IMG/VR virus record: IMGVR_UViG_2651869695_000003 | Reading direction: 5' to 3' (one strand) | Source of the DNA: a virus | Lineage: Duplodnaviria; Heunggongvirae; Uroviricota; Caudoviricetes | DNA: 64,000 nucleotides | Shown: positions 40,892 through 50,481 of the stretch, piece after piece | How the letters are laid out: the number at the start of each line of letters is the position of its first letter | Numbering within the stretch: position 1 is the first letter of the stretch | Position numbers and translations under genes: made by a program | Notes under the pieces: model-generated | What the model was told of the DNA's origin: nothing | The model's database searches: none | What the model saw: only the letters and a program-made list of their open reading frames with translations

Positions 40892-41391
40892 GATTCGATG
40901 ATTTTCAGAAACGGGTTAGTGGCTTTCTTCTTCCCCGCCAGGCCAATCAGACGCTGGCGGCTGCTGGGGTCGAGTCCGAGCATTGCCCCCGTACTGCTCA
41001 TCTCGGACTCCTGTTCTTTTTTGGCGGTCAGCTCCGGATTTTTGACCATACCGCCCATTGCACCGGTGATGGTGTTGCCCTGTCTGGCAATATTTTTCAC
41101 GGCACGTCGCCAGAACTCGTAGGCCACGCACCACCGCTCAAGCACCGCGAGGTCAGTCACGCACAGCAGGCCCTGACCGCAGAGTTCTTTGGTTGTCAGT
41201 TGCCACATGATCGTGGCGAGAGGGAGATCTTCTTCAGCGAACCACTCCGGTGGCTCAACACCTTTGATGGGCGTAAAAACAGGTTCATCTTTGTTCAGGG
41301 CTCGCTTGCCGGGATTTCCGGCCAGCGCCTTGCGCGCCGTTGGCTTGGGGCGACGCCCGGAACGCCCCGTCGTTCCAGCCATATGCGGCAC
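40888..41391 (-). CDS. Terminase small subunit (copy 2)
   Basis: Identical inverted copy of 5375..5878. Confidence 0.7.
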   Translation of the reverse strand: MPHMAGTTGRSGRRPKPTARKALAGNPGKRALNKDEPVFTPIKGVEPPEWFAEEDLPLATIMWQLTTKELCGQGLLCVTDLAVLERWCVAYEFWRRAVKNIARQGNTITGAMGGMVKNPELTAKKEQESEMSSTGAMLGLDPSSRQRLIGLAGKKKATNPFLKIIES

Positions 41392-41421
41392 TCCTGGTTA
41401 AATTTCATTTTTCGCGGGTAT

Positions 41422-41481
41422 AAAAAAACGATGGGGCGGGCAGTCCGGAAGACGTCAGGTCACAGGGATGTGACCCGCCCC
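41422..41481. other. GC-rich nested palindrome / candidate cos region (copy 2)
   Basis: Inverted copy of 5285..5344. Confidence 0.3.
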
Positions 41482-41507
41482 TCCCCTCAGACAGTTGAGA
41501 GTTATTA

Positions 41508-41858
41508 TCACTTTAACCGTTCACGGGCCGTCTTCGCCTTATGACACGGCCAACACAGACTCTGCAGATTACAGTCGGCATCAGTGCCGCCATGCGCTTT
41601 AGGGATGATGTGGTCAACGGTTTTCGCCTCACGCACCACACCGGCACGCAGACATAACTGACATAAACCTTTGTCACGCTTCAGCACACGCGCGCGGATA
41701 GCGTCCCACTTCGAACCATAACCGCGCTGATGACGGGACTGACCTGGCTTGTATTGCTTCCAGCCTTCGCTTTTGTGGCTTTCGCAGTAGCCTGACGGGT
41801 CTGTGGTTGTAGAGCGGCAGCCGCGAACACGGCAGGCTTTTGGGGTTCGTGGTGGCAT
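41508..41858 (-). CDS. HNH endonuclease (copy 2)
   Basis: Identical inverted copy of 4908..5258. Confidence 0.75.
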   Translation of the reverse strand: MPPRTPKACRVRGCRSTTTDPSGYCESHKSEGWKQYKPGQSRHQRGYGSKWDAIRARVLKRDKGLCQLCLRAGVVREAKTVDHIIPKAHGGTDADCNLQSLCWPCHKAKTARERLK

Positions 41859-41937
41859 TGGTAAGCTCCAATAAAAAAGCCACCATCGATTGCTAGTGGC
41901 TTAGCATCTACTAATGTTACTAATGTGAAGAGTAGGT

Positions 41938-42696
41938 TTATTTTTTCTTCTTATTTAACTTATCTAAATTGACGGGATCTTTCCCTGTGGCAGCTAAACA
42001 CCAAAAAGAATAACTCTTTTGCATGACATAGGTTCTAATTCTCTCTAATGTTTCATTATATTTTTTCTCAACAACCTGTATCGCATGTTCAAATAAATTA
42101 ATCATATCAACATGCTCGTCCTCGACACCAATCATGCTCAGTTGTTTTCTATCTGTCACTGCTTGATAAAATGTTTTCCCATTTTTCCTTATTAGTAACA
42201 ATGAAGTTTCTGCTGACTCATAGTCTTGGTTGCCGCTATGTGCTGCAAAATTATGCCTGTAGTTAATAATACAGTCATGCAACCCAAAATATTCAGAATC
42301 AAGCCAATCACGCTCCATCTTTAACTTTCTCCCTTTAGCTTCAGAGAAAGCTTTACCATAAAACGTTAGGCTTGCCACAAATAACGCTCTAATTTCACTT
42401 GATAAATCTAGATCAAGTATATTCCCGTATAACTTGCCATCTGTCCTTAATTCGTTTCTCCCTGCCAGTTCATTAGCTATTTGGTACCACTCTTTAGCAC
42501 TTTTTAAGTCCCTATGAATTAGGGACAGTGAAGATGCTCTATCGGCAATACGCCCACTCAATTTTATGCGATCTACAATTTCATTATTGAATGTATAAAC
42601 CGCTTTAAATTCCCCCGTTTCGGAATCAATATAATATTCAACATCTAACCCTTCATATGATTCACACCCGGGACCTTCTAATTTTTTTCTTTTCAT
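41938..42696 (-). CDS. Hypothetical AT-rich moron protein (copy 2)
   Basis: Identical inverted copy of 4070..4828. Confidence 0.45.
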   Translation of the reverse strand: MKRKKLEGPGCESYEGLDVEYYIDSETGEFKAVYTFNNEIVDRIKLSGRIADRASSLSLIHRDLKSAKEWYQIANELAGRNELRTDGKLYGNILDLDLSSEIRALFVASLTFYGKAFSEAKGRKLKMERDWLDSEYFGLHDCIINYRHNFAAHSGNQDYESAETSLLLIRKNGKTFYQAVTDRKQLSMIGVEDEHVDMINLFEHAIQVVEKKYNETLERIRTYVMQKSYSFWCLAATGKDPVNLDKLNKKKK

Positions 42697-42777
42697 ATAG
42701 AATATCCATATACGTTTCAATTCTCAGTCAGCATAGTAGAAAAAAAAGATGTCCAGATCCATACATCGAAAGCAATT

Positions 42778-43242
42778 TTATTTTTCACACTGACTAGAGA
42801 TATAGTCCTGCAATGCTCTTATCTGTTTATAACTGATTTCAATTCTCTCTCTGAGGGTGAAATAATCCCGTTGAGCGGTGTCAGTAAGTCGGGGGGCGGT
42901 AGCATCATCCAGGCTGGTGGTAATGGTCGTTGATTGCACTCTCGGGCAACTAGCGGCGAGGAACAGCCGCTTAGTGCCAACAGCAACATCACGCTGAAGC
43001 TGTTCAATAGTTGCTTTAGCATTTGCAAGTTCTCCGGTGTATTTCGCATCGAGCGCAGAAACATCACGCTGGCGCTGCTGCATCTCAGTAATGGTGGCGT
43101 TCGCCTGGCTGAGTTTTTCCTTCGCTTTATCGCGCTGTTCTTTGTAGGCGATGGCGTTATCACGATAATGATTAACAGCCCATGATAGGCAGACGATGGT
43201 GCAGATAACCAGAGAGGACAGAATCGCAGTTACTCTACTCAT
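42778..43242 (-). CDS. Rz: i-spanin Rz (copy 2)
   Basis: Identical inverted copy of 3524..3988. Confidence 0.8.
   Translation of the reverse strand: MSRVTAILSSLVICTIVCLSWAVNHYRDNAIAYKEQRDKAKEKLSQANATITEMQQRQRDVSALDAKYTGELANAKATIEQLQRDVAVGTKRLFLAASCPRVQSTTITTSLDDATAPRLTDTAQRDYFTLRERIEISYKQIRALQDYISSQCEK
42819..43022 (-). CDS. Rz1: o-spanin Rz1 (copy 2)
   Basis: Identical inverted copy of 3744..3947. Confidence 0.75.
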   Translation of the reverse strand: MLKQLLNSFSVMLLLALSGCSSPLVARECNQRPLPPAWMMLPPPDLLTPLNGIISPSERELKSVINR

Positions 43243-43717
43243 ATAGCTGAATTTCTCTGACCGTTCCGCCCGATTCTTTGAATTTTTCAATCAGGCTGTC
43301 AACCTTATGTTCGAACTGACCATAACCAGCGCCCGGCAATGACGCCCAGATATTGCTGCAACGATCAATAGCCTGACGGATATCGCCGCGATCAATCATC
43401 GGTAAAGCACCACGCTCTTTAATCTGCTGCAATGCCACAGCATCCTGGCTTTTTGGAGAGAAGTCTTTCAGCCCAAGCTGCTTACGGTAAGCATCCCACC
43501 AGCGTGAAAGAAGCTGATAACGTCCTGCGGCTGTTGATTTAAGTTTCGGGTTTAGCGTGACAAGTTTGCGAGGGTGATCGGAGTAATCAGTGAACAGTTC
43601 ACCTCCGACAATAACGTCATAACCGTGGTTACGTGTCGGTTGTCGCCCGTTATCCGTTCCTTCTGACCATGCCACCATATCGAGGAAAGCTTTACGCTGG
43701 GAATTTAGTACCTGCAT
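43235..43717 (-). CDS. R: Endolysin, lambda R-type (copy 2)
   Basis: Identical inverted copy of 3049..3531. Confidence 0.85.
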   Translation of the reverse strand: MQVLNSQRKAFLDMVAWSEGTDNGRQPTRNHGYDVIVGGELFTDYSDHPRKLVTLNPKLKSTAAGRYQLLSRWWDAYRKQLGLKDFSPKSQDAVALQQIKERGALPMIDRGDIRQAIDRCSNIWASLPGAGYGQFEHKVDSLIEKFKESGGTVREIQLYE

Positions 43718-43720
43718 AAA

Positions 43721-44047
43721 TTACTCCTTAGAGCCACCAAACTTATTACCGATTACTCTCATTGCAGCCCCACGAATAGCATCGACCCCGATCAGCCCAA
43801 CGCCGCCACCAATGGCAACAGAAAGAGATTTAGGCCATCCGACATACTCAAGAGCGGATGCAAAAGTCAGCGTCAGAGCACCACAGAGCAAAATCTCGAG
43901 CGTTTTTCGTTTCCAGCCACCACCACCGCCAAAATAGGCAATGCGCAAGCCAGCCATAACGATCGACATAATCACTGCGCCCAGCGGTGTGTCTCCACGC
44001 CACCAGCTCTGGACCAACTCCAGCCAGGTATTTGGGTTATGAGGCAT
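43721..44047 (-). CDS. Holin (copy 2)
   Basis: Identical inverted copy of 2719..3045. Confidence 0.7.
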   Translation of the reverse strand: MPHNPNTWLELVQSWWRGDTPLGAVIMSIVMAGLRIAYFGGGGGWKRKTLEILLCGALTLTFASALEYVGWPKSLSVAIGGGVGLIGVDAIRGAAMRVIGNKFGGSKE

Positions 44048-44190
44048 TTGTAGTTATCTCTCACCTCGCTGATACAGCAGGTGCAAATTGAGGGAACATC
44101 ATGTACCGCAAATCAGAAGCGGAAACATCAAAGAAGCCGAACCGATGGAGAACTGCGGAATAGGCCAGGACCAACGAATCCCCAGCCACA

Positions 44191-44221
44191 GAAACGACAA
44201 AACCCGCTCGACGGCGGGTTT
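44191..44221 (-). terminator. tR'-like rho-independent terminator (copy 2)
   Basis: Inverted copy of 2545..2575. Confidence 0.5.
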
Positions 44222-44343
44222 AAGCTGTGTGGCGAAGTAACCACTCTTAACAGATTACAATGTTTTTTGCGGACCGCGCTAATGATTTCCTCTTTTTTTT
44301 GTTGTATTTTTCACACGGTTGCTAAAATTATTTCGGATCGATA

Positions 44344-45285
44344 ATGAGTACAGAAAATAAGAATAAAACCAGGCGAGTGAGAGTTGGTTTTTTCACTGGT
44401 AATGGAAGCAAAAAATATGGCACATCTGCTGCAAAACTAGCCTTTGAGCAAATGACCACAGCAGATACTGTAACTTTTCCAATAACTTACACAACAGACA
44501 CCCCAAGTCGAGGGTTAAAGTTAGTTATTCTTCAAAAAGATACCACACTGCAATGTTACTTTGGTTACGTATCGTGGAGAAGGGAATGCCTACTACCGTT
44601 CATCGAGGATGCTACAGGTAGTGAGAGAACAATTCCTTTAAATGATAAAGATTCTGTAGTTGAAAGAACATATTTTATCTATTACTACGAAACGGACTTA
44701 TTAGCTATGACCCTCAACCATATAGGGCCCAAAGTAAATGATCTGGCATTCATTTTGTATAACAAAACTGATTTAAAAAGCGTCACTTTTGAAGCCATTT
44801 GGAAACAAGAGAGCATGAAGGAACTGCTTGAGGACGGAAATATCCTACGTAGTTTCGATCTTATAGTTGCTGCTCCAAGAAACTTTAACAAAGCTAATTA
44901 TAAGATTAAAAACCCTTTAGCTAATGAAATTATTGACATGGTTGTTGGTATGGGCGGGTCGCATCTAAGATTAAATATGCGAGGTCGGATTCGCCCGAAA
45001 AAACAAGGGTTTAACTATCTAAAAACTTCTGTCACCGATGCTATTAAGGAACTACTTGAACTTTTTCCAAAAGGTTCTGGAGGTCTAAAAATTAAAAAAA
45101 TTGATGTAACAGAGCCATCCAATAGAACGCCCAAAAGTCTACTTGACCAAGTATTGGTCAGTACAAAGACAATCATTGTCAAAAGCGGTTATCCATCCGA
45201 TTCTGATATCAGAACGGCGATGATATCTGCTAAAATTGATAACGCGAACTATCTTGCACAGTATGAGCTCGCTAGCAGAGACTAA
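44344..45285 (+). CDS. Hypothetical 313-aa cassette protein (copy 2)
   Basis: Identical inverted copy of 1481..2422; here in context of the complete prophage. Confidence 0.55.
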   Translation: MSTENKNKTRRVRVGFFTGNGSKKYGTSAAKLAFEQMTTADTVTFPITYTTDTPSRGLKLVILQKDTTLQCYFGYVSWRRECLLPFIEDATGSERTIPLNDKDSVVERTYFIYYYETDLLAMTLNHIGPKVNDLAFILYNKTDLKSVTFEAIWKQESMKELLEDGNILRSFDLIVAAPRNFNKANYKIKNPLANEIIDMVVGMGGSHLRLNMRGRIRPKKQGFNYLKTSVTDAIKELLELFPKGSGGLKIKKIDVTEPSNRTPKSLLDQVLVSTKTIIVKSGYPSDSDIRTAMISAKIDNANYLAQYELASRD

Positions 45286-45294
45286 TAACCAAGC

Positions 45295-45756
45295 ATGGAG
45301 GACACAATGAGAGAATTAGCCACTTTTCTCTGGAAATGCGTCCTCTGGATTCTGTTGACCTATGCAGCGACAAAACTGTTTAAACCGATGAAGCATGCTG
45401 ACGTACTCACAACAGCGGGGGTGCTCTCGACTATATCAGGCATCCTGTTTGGTTTTGTTCTGGCTGCAATATCTATATTTAGTAGTGCAAACAGCGATAA
45501 GGAAGGAGCAATTAATGCCCTTAAGCAAAACAACGTGTTACCAACTCTGGTAAATAGATTACTTTCAACAGGGTTAACTCTCATCGTCGCATGTATATTT
45601 CCATTGATAGCGATGTTTCTACCTGATGATGTTATTGTTGCGGGCAAACCTATTGATTTCCTGTTCATACTGTTAGGCTTATCCTCCCTTATAATTTCGC
45701 TATATACCTTCGGAAGGTGTTGGTTAGTGTTACGAAAAATCTTCCCCCACTTGTGA
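45295..45756 (+). CDS. Four-TM membrane protein (cassette gene 2, copy 2)
   Basis: Identical inverted copy of 1010..1471. Confidence 0.55.
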   Translation: MEDTMRELATFLWKCVLWILLTYAATKLFKPMKHADVLTTAGVLSTISGILFGFVLAAISIFSSANSDKEGAINALKQNNVLPTLVNRLLSTGLTLIVACIFPLIAMFLPDDVIVAGKPIDFLFILLGLSSLIISLYTFGRCWLVLRKIFPHL

Positions 45757-45791
45757 CAGGTTGGCCTCATATGGGGCCAACCTGTGCAACC

Positions 45792-46160
45792 CTAAGCGTC
45801 CATTTCAAGGTTAAAATCCAACATTGAAAGGCAACCATCAATAAATCCTTCGGCTAGTTGTATTTCTATGCGTACCAATTTTTCATCCTTTCCACGCACC
45901 TTTGCAATCTTACGCTTGGATATTCTGTATAAATAATGTGCCACAAGCAGCGAGTGCTCATCTGGCTTTTTTTGCTTTAGACGAGCAAGACAACCTTCAA
46001 TAATTAATGCATCACTATCTGAACAAGCCTGACGTGTTTTGCTTGTGTAGGGAAGAAGCCCCTTAAACCCAGCAGCTATAGGCGAATAGTCTACTCCAGA
46101 ACTATCACTCGCCGCCCATGCTCCCCAACGCTCCAGAACCATCTGAATATCACGCATCAA
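45792..46160 (-). CDS. Antitermination protein Q (copy 2)
   Basis: Identical inverted copy of 606..974. Confidence 0.7.
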   Translation of the reverse strand: MMRDIQMVLERWGAWAASDSSGVDYSPIAAGFKGLLPYTSKTRQACSDSDALIIEGCLARLKQKKPDEHSLLVAHYLYRISKRKIAKVRGKDEKLVRIEIQLAEGFIDGCLSMLDFNLEMDA

Positions 46161-46174
46161 CTTTCTCCACCAAA

Positions 46175-47170
46175 TCAGGCCAACACCCCAATCGCCAGCG
46201 CGCGATCGATAAAACGAAATATCAGCTCCAGTTGGGAGCCATACTTCTCTTCAAATGCCACGGTATCCGCATGCAGCTCGTCGTGATGCTTTCTGCACAA
46301 AGGCAACACAAAGAGGTCATGCGCTTTTGTACCCATTCCACCCTGACCGTGACCTATCAGGTGGTGGGGATCATCAGCAGGCTTTCCACAACATGCACAC
46401 GGCTGTGTCTTAACCCAGCGCGTGTACTTTTCATTAACCCAGCGGCGGCGTTTTGGGCGTAACATAAAAGACTCCAGCGACTCCGGATCCACTTTCAGCG
46501 CCAGCACCTTTTTCGCTTTATCCTGGATAATGCTGGTGGCAGGAACCGAAGGCACAAGGTCACTTTCCCGGGTGACCGCCTGCACAACAGGCTTCGGTAA
46601 TCTCAGTGCCTTACGGGCTGCACTTTCCGGTAAGGCATCCGCCAGGTCATTACGAATCAGCCACCAGCACAGTTCCGGTATTGTCACAACGTGACTATCA
46701 TCAAAACCGAGATCCCGACGCACAACAGACAACACCCAGCGGGCACAGTTATCCGTTGCCATTGATTCCAGCCGTTCCGTGAACTGATCGCGCAGCTGGT
46801 TATCGCAGTGCCAGCACAAACGGATTGCGCCCGGAGCGTGTCGCATTGTTGTCATGTTCTCGCTGTGCCAGTCGGAATGAGGCCACTGGCAGCCTTTTTC
46901 ACGAAGTAACCAGCTTTCAAGACATTCCACGCCACCAGCACGACGGATCACTGCCTCATTGCGGAATACGGCCCGAACGGCAGGATCATCCGCCAGCGGT
47001 TGTGATGCCGCCGGAACGGCACCACTGGCGAAAGATGAATAACGTTCCGGCTCAGGCTCCAGCAGGACACGCCCCTGCATAAACAGGGGCATCAACTCTG
47101 AACCTGGCCTGAACAATACGATCCCCATACGCGGGGCAATTTCAGGGGTCAGTAGTGCTCTCACGGTCAC
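46175..47170 (-). CDS. DUF968/YdfU-like prophage protein, full length (331 aa)
   Basis: C-terminal 196 aa duplicated at 1..591; Cys/His-rich C-terminus. Confidence 0.5.
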   Translation of the reverse strand: MTVRALLTPEIAPRMGIVLFRPGSELMPLFMQGRVLLEPEPERYSSFASGAVPAASQPLADDPAVRAVFRNEAVIRRAGGVECLESWLLREKGCQWPHSDWHSENMTTMRHAPGAIRLCWHCDNQLRDQFTERLESMATDNCARWVLSVVRRDLGFDDSHVVTIPELCWWLIRNDLADALPESAARKALRLPKPVVQAVTRESDLVPSVPATSIIQDKAKKVLALKVDPESLESFMLRPKRRRWVNEKYTRWVKTQPCACCGKPADDPHHLIGHGQGGMGTKAHDLFVLPLCRKHHDELHADTVAFEEKYGSQLELIFRFIDRALAIGVLA

Positions 47171-47171
47171 C

Positions 47172-47969
47172 TCAATGAACGGTATCGAGCAGCTTTAACA
47201 GCTCAGAGAATCGGGATTCGAAGAAATGCGGCTGCGTCTCGCGCGGATTTGCGGGACTGGTGATGTTCTTGCCGAACATGCAGCCTTTCGCTGTCAGCGA
47301 CCAGAATTTTTTGATGTTGTTAATCGCGGTACGGCTGTATCGTTCGCGCTGCTCGACGATCCCCAGCTTCACCATCTGGTGATATGCCTGATTAGCCGTC
47401 AGGCGGATACCATACTGTTTCAGCAGTGCACTCAGTGACAGCGTAGGGCGACTTGAGCCATCGTGTGCATCAGCAGGAGCATCAATGGCATAGCGCGGTG
47501 CCAGATTCGGTAAGCCAACAGCCTCCTGAAGTTTCTGACAGGCTCCAAGCACTGAAGAGTTAGACAGATTTAACTCCCGGCGCATAAAGTCCAGCAGAAT
47601 CACGCCAGCCTGCATCTTGTCAGCAGCCTGTCCGGATAATTTTTCAGGTGCGCTGGTTACCATGTCGAAAGTACGGATCACCTTCAGATGGAATGACGGG
47701 CTGATCCACATTGCATAGGCATACACCAGTTCTTTGCAGACATACGTCCCCTGGTTATTTCCGCCACGAATAACGTTAACTGGCGCTATATTGACCGAGT
47801 TGCAAATCTGCAACTCGCTTATTAAACGTTCGGTTTGCTCATTGCGGAGCCAGAATGCAGGCTTATGTTTATCCAGAGAACCGGCAGCCCTGTGCAAATC
47901 GTTCAGGCTGTAACGCCCATAAGCATCACGACGAACTTCAATACCATCAATAACCATCAGATTATTCAT
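47172..47969 (-). CDS. KilA-N domain protein (antirepressor-like)
   Basis: N-terminal region (MNNLMVIDGIEVRRDAYGRYSLNDLHRAAG...) resembles KilA-N/Bro-N domains; nin-region position. Confidence 0.6.
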   Translation of the reverse strand: MNNLMVIDGIEVRRDAYGRYSLNDLHRAAGSLDKHKPAFWLRNEQTERLISELQICNSVNIAPVNVIRGGNNQGTYVCKELVYAYAMWISPSFHLKVIRTFDMVTSAPEKLSGQAADKMQAGVILLDFMRRELNLSNSSVLGACQKLQEAVGLPNLAPRYAIDAPADAHDGSSRPTLSLSALLKQYGIRLTANQAYHQMVKLGIVEQRERYSRTAINNIKKFWSLTAKGCMFGKNITSPANPRETQPHFFESRFSELLKLLDTVH

Positions 47970-47988
47970 ACTTCGTTTCTCCTCTTAA

Positions 47989-48378
47989 TCAGGCGGCTGC
48001 ACCCGCCGGTTTCTCGTACTTACTGATAGTGATCTCGACCTTCCCTTCCGGGATAACCGGTCCCCACTCCACCAGCATTCTTTTCACCTGACTGTCGTCT
48101 TCCCACACACCCGCGTGGGTCAGGGCGTCAAACAGCGCCTTGTTATAGTTGTCCAGATCGCGGATCCGGTTATCCGGAGGAAACAACACGATCTCCACTG
48201 AAGCAGGTGCCGACGTTGGTTTTGGCAGACGACGTAACTGCTCAAATATTGCTGCACACGCCGCGCTCTGGAATTTGCGCCCCGCCGCGCTTATCAGGCT
48301 CTTACCAGCAAACGCCCCTTTGTTGGGGTGTCGCCAGTACGTGTTCACGCTGGGCGGAAAAGGCAGGATCAGCTTCAT
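47989..48378 (-). CDS. rusA: Holliday junction resolvase RusA
   Basis: PFPPSVNTYWR ... RDLDNYNKALFDALTHAGVWEDDSQV matches conserved RusA motifs. Confidence 0.8.
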   Translation of the reverse strand: MKLILPFPPSVNTYWRHPNKGAFAGKSLISAAGRKFQSAACAAIFEQLRRLPKPTSAPASVEIVLFPPDNRIRDLDNYNKALFDALTHAGVWEDDSQVKRMLVEWGPVIPEGKVEITISKYEKPAGAAA

Positions 48379-48701
48379 ACTTTCAGGCCCCTCTCATGTA
48401 ACCAGTGGGCTGCACGCAGCCTGGCGTTTTCCTCACCGGCAAGCAGTGAGCGGATAATCCCGACCGCCTCGCTGTCGTCGTCCTTCACCGCGGTATGAAG
48501 CGTTATCCCCCGTGCCACGCCACGCTTTATCGTGATGACGCCTTTTTTCTCCAGTGCGCGAAGATGCTCCACCGCTGCATTCACTGAACGGTATCCCAGC
48601 ATGGTAGCCACCTCCTGATTGGTTGGTGGGAAGCCACGTTCTTTCTGGTAAGAAATCAGCATATCCAGCACCTGCTGCTGGCATTGAGTTAACGTCGTCA
48701 T
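48375..48701 (-). CDS. LexA-like N-terminal DNA-binding domain protein (no peptidase domain)
   Basis: LTQCQQQVLDMLISYQKERGFPPTNQEVATMLGYRSVNAAVEHLRALEKKGVI resembles LexA winged-helix domain; start taken at internal Met coupled to upstream stop (TAATG). Confidence 0.55.
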   Translation of the reverse strand: MTTLTQCQQQVLDMLISYQKERGFPPTNQEVATMLGYRSVNAAVEHLRALEKKGVITIKRGVARGITLHTAVKDDDSEAVGIIRSLLAGEENARLRAAHWLHERGLKV

Positions 48702-49195
48702 TAAGCCCCCACGTAATTCCCTGACAGATACCACTCTTCACCTGATGCAGCCCGCTTACTGCTTTTCCGTAAACACCGTTCACGACGCGCCAGAAAATTG
48801 TTTCGTTCTGGCTGGGAGTGGCTTTCACGGAATGCCGCCATCCACACCGTTGCAGCACGACGGTATAAGCCCCTGGACTCCAGTTCTTCCGCCTGGCGGG
48901 TCAGGCACAAAATCACCCGCGGGTCGTTAGTGCCGACATAGAAATTGCGCACAGGTCTGGTTTCACGAACTGGTTGTGGTTCCGGATCCTGCGCTCTCTC
49001 AGTCAGGCGCGGGAAATGTCTGTGTGTATCTCCTTCACAACGGTGAGCCACACGCCCACTCTGACGTAACTTGCTTGCTGACTGCAGAACGCGCTGCCGT
49101 GAGTAACCTGCAAAAGCATCCGCAATGTCTCCGGAAGTACAGCCCGGATGGGCTTCAATGAATTTCTGAACGTCATTCAAAAGACTCATGCTCAC
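48701..49195 (-). CDS. Hypothetical early-region protein (164 aa)
   Basis: ORF translationally coupled to flanking genes; function not recognised. Confidence 0.4.
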   Translation of the reverse strand: MSMSLLNDVQKFIEAHPGCTSGDIADAFAGYSRQRVLQSASKLRQSGRVAHRCEGDTHRHFPRLTERAQDPEPQPVRETRPVRNFYVGTNDPRVILCLTRQAEELESRGLYRRAATVWMAAFRESHSQPERNNFLARRERCLRKSSKRAASGEEWYLSGNYVGA

Positions 49196-50133
49196 CCCCT
49201 GAATCCTGCCGGGATCTGGCTGTAGTCCACATTGTCGTAACTGGCTTTGAAGTACGGGTCTTCGCGTTTTTCTGTGTACGTGCTGACGGACGGCGATAAG
49301 CGCAGGGAAAGCTCATCCCATTTTTCCCGCAGCTTCGACGGGCTGAGCACGTTACGGCACCAGAACGGATCGCGGCTGACGCGGCTGTACATCTCGCAGA
49401 TTTGTTTGTGAGTACGACCATCCTGCACACACATCAGGCGAATTTCGTTTGCCCAGGCTGTCCAGTTCGGTTCTTTGGGACGAACCACCTCGCCGTCACA
49501 TTCGGCAGCCTGCTCGTACAGGGCGATGATTTTTTTCCAGAGCCACTGTGCGCAGGTCAAATCATCCTGCGTCCCCCACTGGCGCTTTTTAGGGCTGAAT
49601 ACAACCGCATCAGGATGGCGAGTTAAAAAATCCTGTTCAGCCGTCTGCGTGTCCGGTTGCGAAGCGTCCGGACGAGAAGGTTTTTTATCTGACGGATCAT
49701 GTTTTGATTTTACTGACGGATCCCCGCCAGATTCTGACGGGTGAAAACCCGCTTTTTTGCCAGATTTCGACGCATCAAATTTTGACGGGTCAGATTTTGA
49801 TGCGTCAGATTTTGACGGGTCAGAATCTGACAGTTGAGAAAATGCCGCTGCCTGAAGCTTCGCAACGTTAAGCTGATAAACATTCGACGCATTGCGGTTA
49901 CCCTGGCGACGCGCCTTACGCGTTAACCAGCCTTCTGCTTCCAGCCGTGCGATAGCCGTTCTGACGGTACTCATCCCCGCGCCAATCTGACGGGCAATGG
50001 TTTCAATTGATGGCCAGCACACACCTTCGTCATTACTGAAATCAGCCAGGCGGGCCATAATTGCCACGCTGGATAACTTCATGCCTGATGCAGCGCAACC
50101 ATCCCATACATAGCCGGTTAATTTAGTGCTCAT
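49192..50133 (-). CDS. Replication initiation protein (O-like; HTH N-terminus, internal pentapeptide repeats)
   Basis: N-terminal winged-helix-like region; internal tandem 15-bp DNA repeats; position downstream of cro/cII-like genes. Confidence 0.55.
   Translation of the reverse strand: MSTKLTGYVWDGCAASGMKLSSVAIMARLADFSNDEGVCWPSIETIARQIGAGMSTVRTAIARLEAEGWLTRKARRQGNRNASNVYQLNVAKLQAAAFSQLSDSDPSKSDASKSDPSKFDASKSGKKAGFHPSESGGDPSVKSKHDPSDKKPSRPDASQPDTQTAEQDFLTRHPDAVVFSPKKRQWGTQDDLTCAQWLWKKIIALYEQAAECDGEVVRPKEPNWTAWANEIRLMCVQDGRTHKQICEMYSRVSRDPFWCRNVLSPSKLREKWDELSLRLSPSVSTYTEKREDPYFKASYDNVDYSQIPAGFRG
49728..49835. repeat. Iteron-like tandem 15-bp direct repeats inside replication gene (candidate ori)
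   Basis: CAGATTTTGAYGSGT units at 49728, 49761, 49776, 49791, 49806, 49821 read directly. Confidence 0.5.
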
Positions 50134-50142
50134 GACCGACCT

Positions 50143-50481
50143 CTATTTCCCTGAATTTACGACGAAACTGTTCGAGCGGACTGAAGCATTCATGCTCATA
50201 ACCTTCGCGGAGGTAGATAACCCGTTGTGTTTCCGGCTCCCAACGAATGACTCTGACGGGTACTCCGTAGTGATCTTTGAACCAGCGGTTAACTTGTCGC
50301 AAAGGACTGTCTCCTTCTGCCGGTTGAAATCACCCACAGCCCACTCTGCAAAGCTGTGGGTTACAATTTCCCTGTCACCTGGTACATTCACTGCATAGCA
50401 ATATTCCACCTTCGCTTTTCCACCCGGAACAGGAAGCGCAATCAGTTGCGAGCGACGGTAGTGTGTTGTTAAACTGTTCAT
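50143..50481 (-). CDS. Hypothetical early protein (112 aa)
   Basis: Start overlaps upstream stop; otherwise unsupported. Confidence 0.3.
   Translation of the reverse strand: MNSLTTHYRRSQLIALPVPGGKAKVEYCYAVNVPGDREIVTHSFAEWAVGDFNRQKETVLCDKLTAGSKITTEYPSESFVGSRKHNGLSTSAKVMSMNASVRSNSFVVNSGK

Larger units (their letters stand above)
24227..46765. repeat. Right arm of perfect large inverted repeat (reverse complement of 1..22539)
   Basis: Same as left arm; divergence begins at 22540/24226. Confidence 0.9.

Noticed and set aside
50126-50398. Plus-strand 90-aa ORF opposite the early operon
   Set aside because: Runs antisense to a translationally coupled minus-strand operon; kept the minus-strand ORF at low confidence instead.
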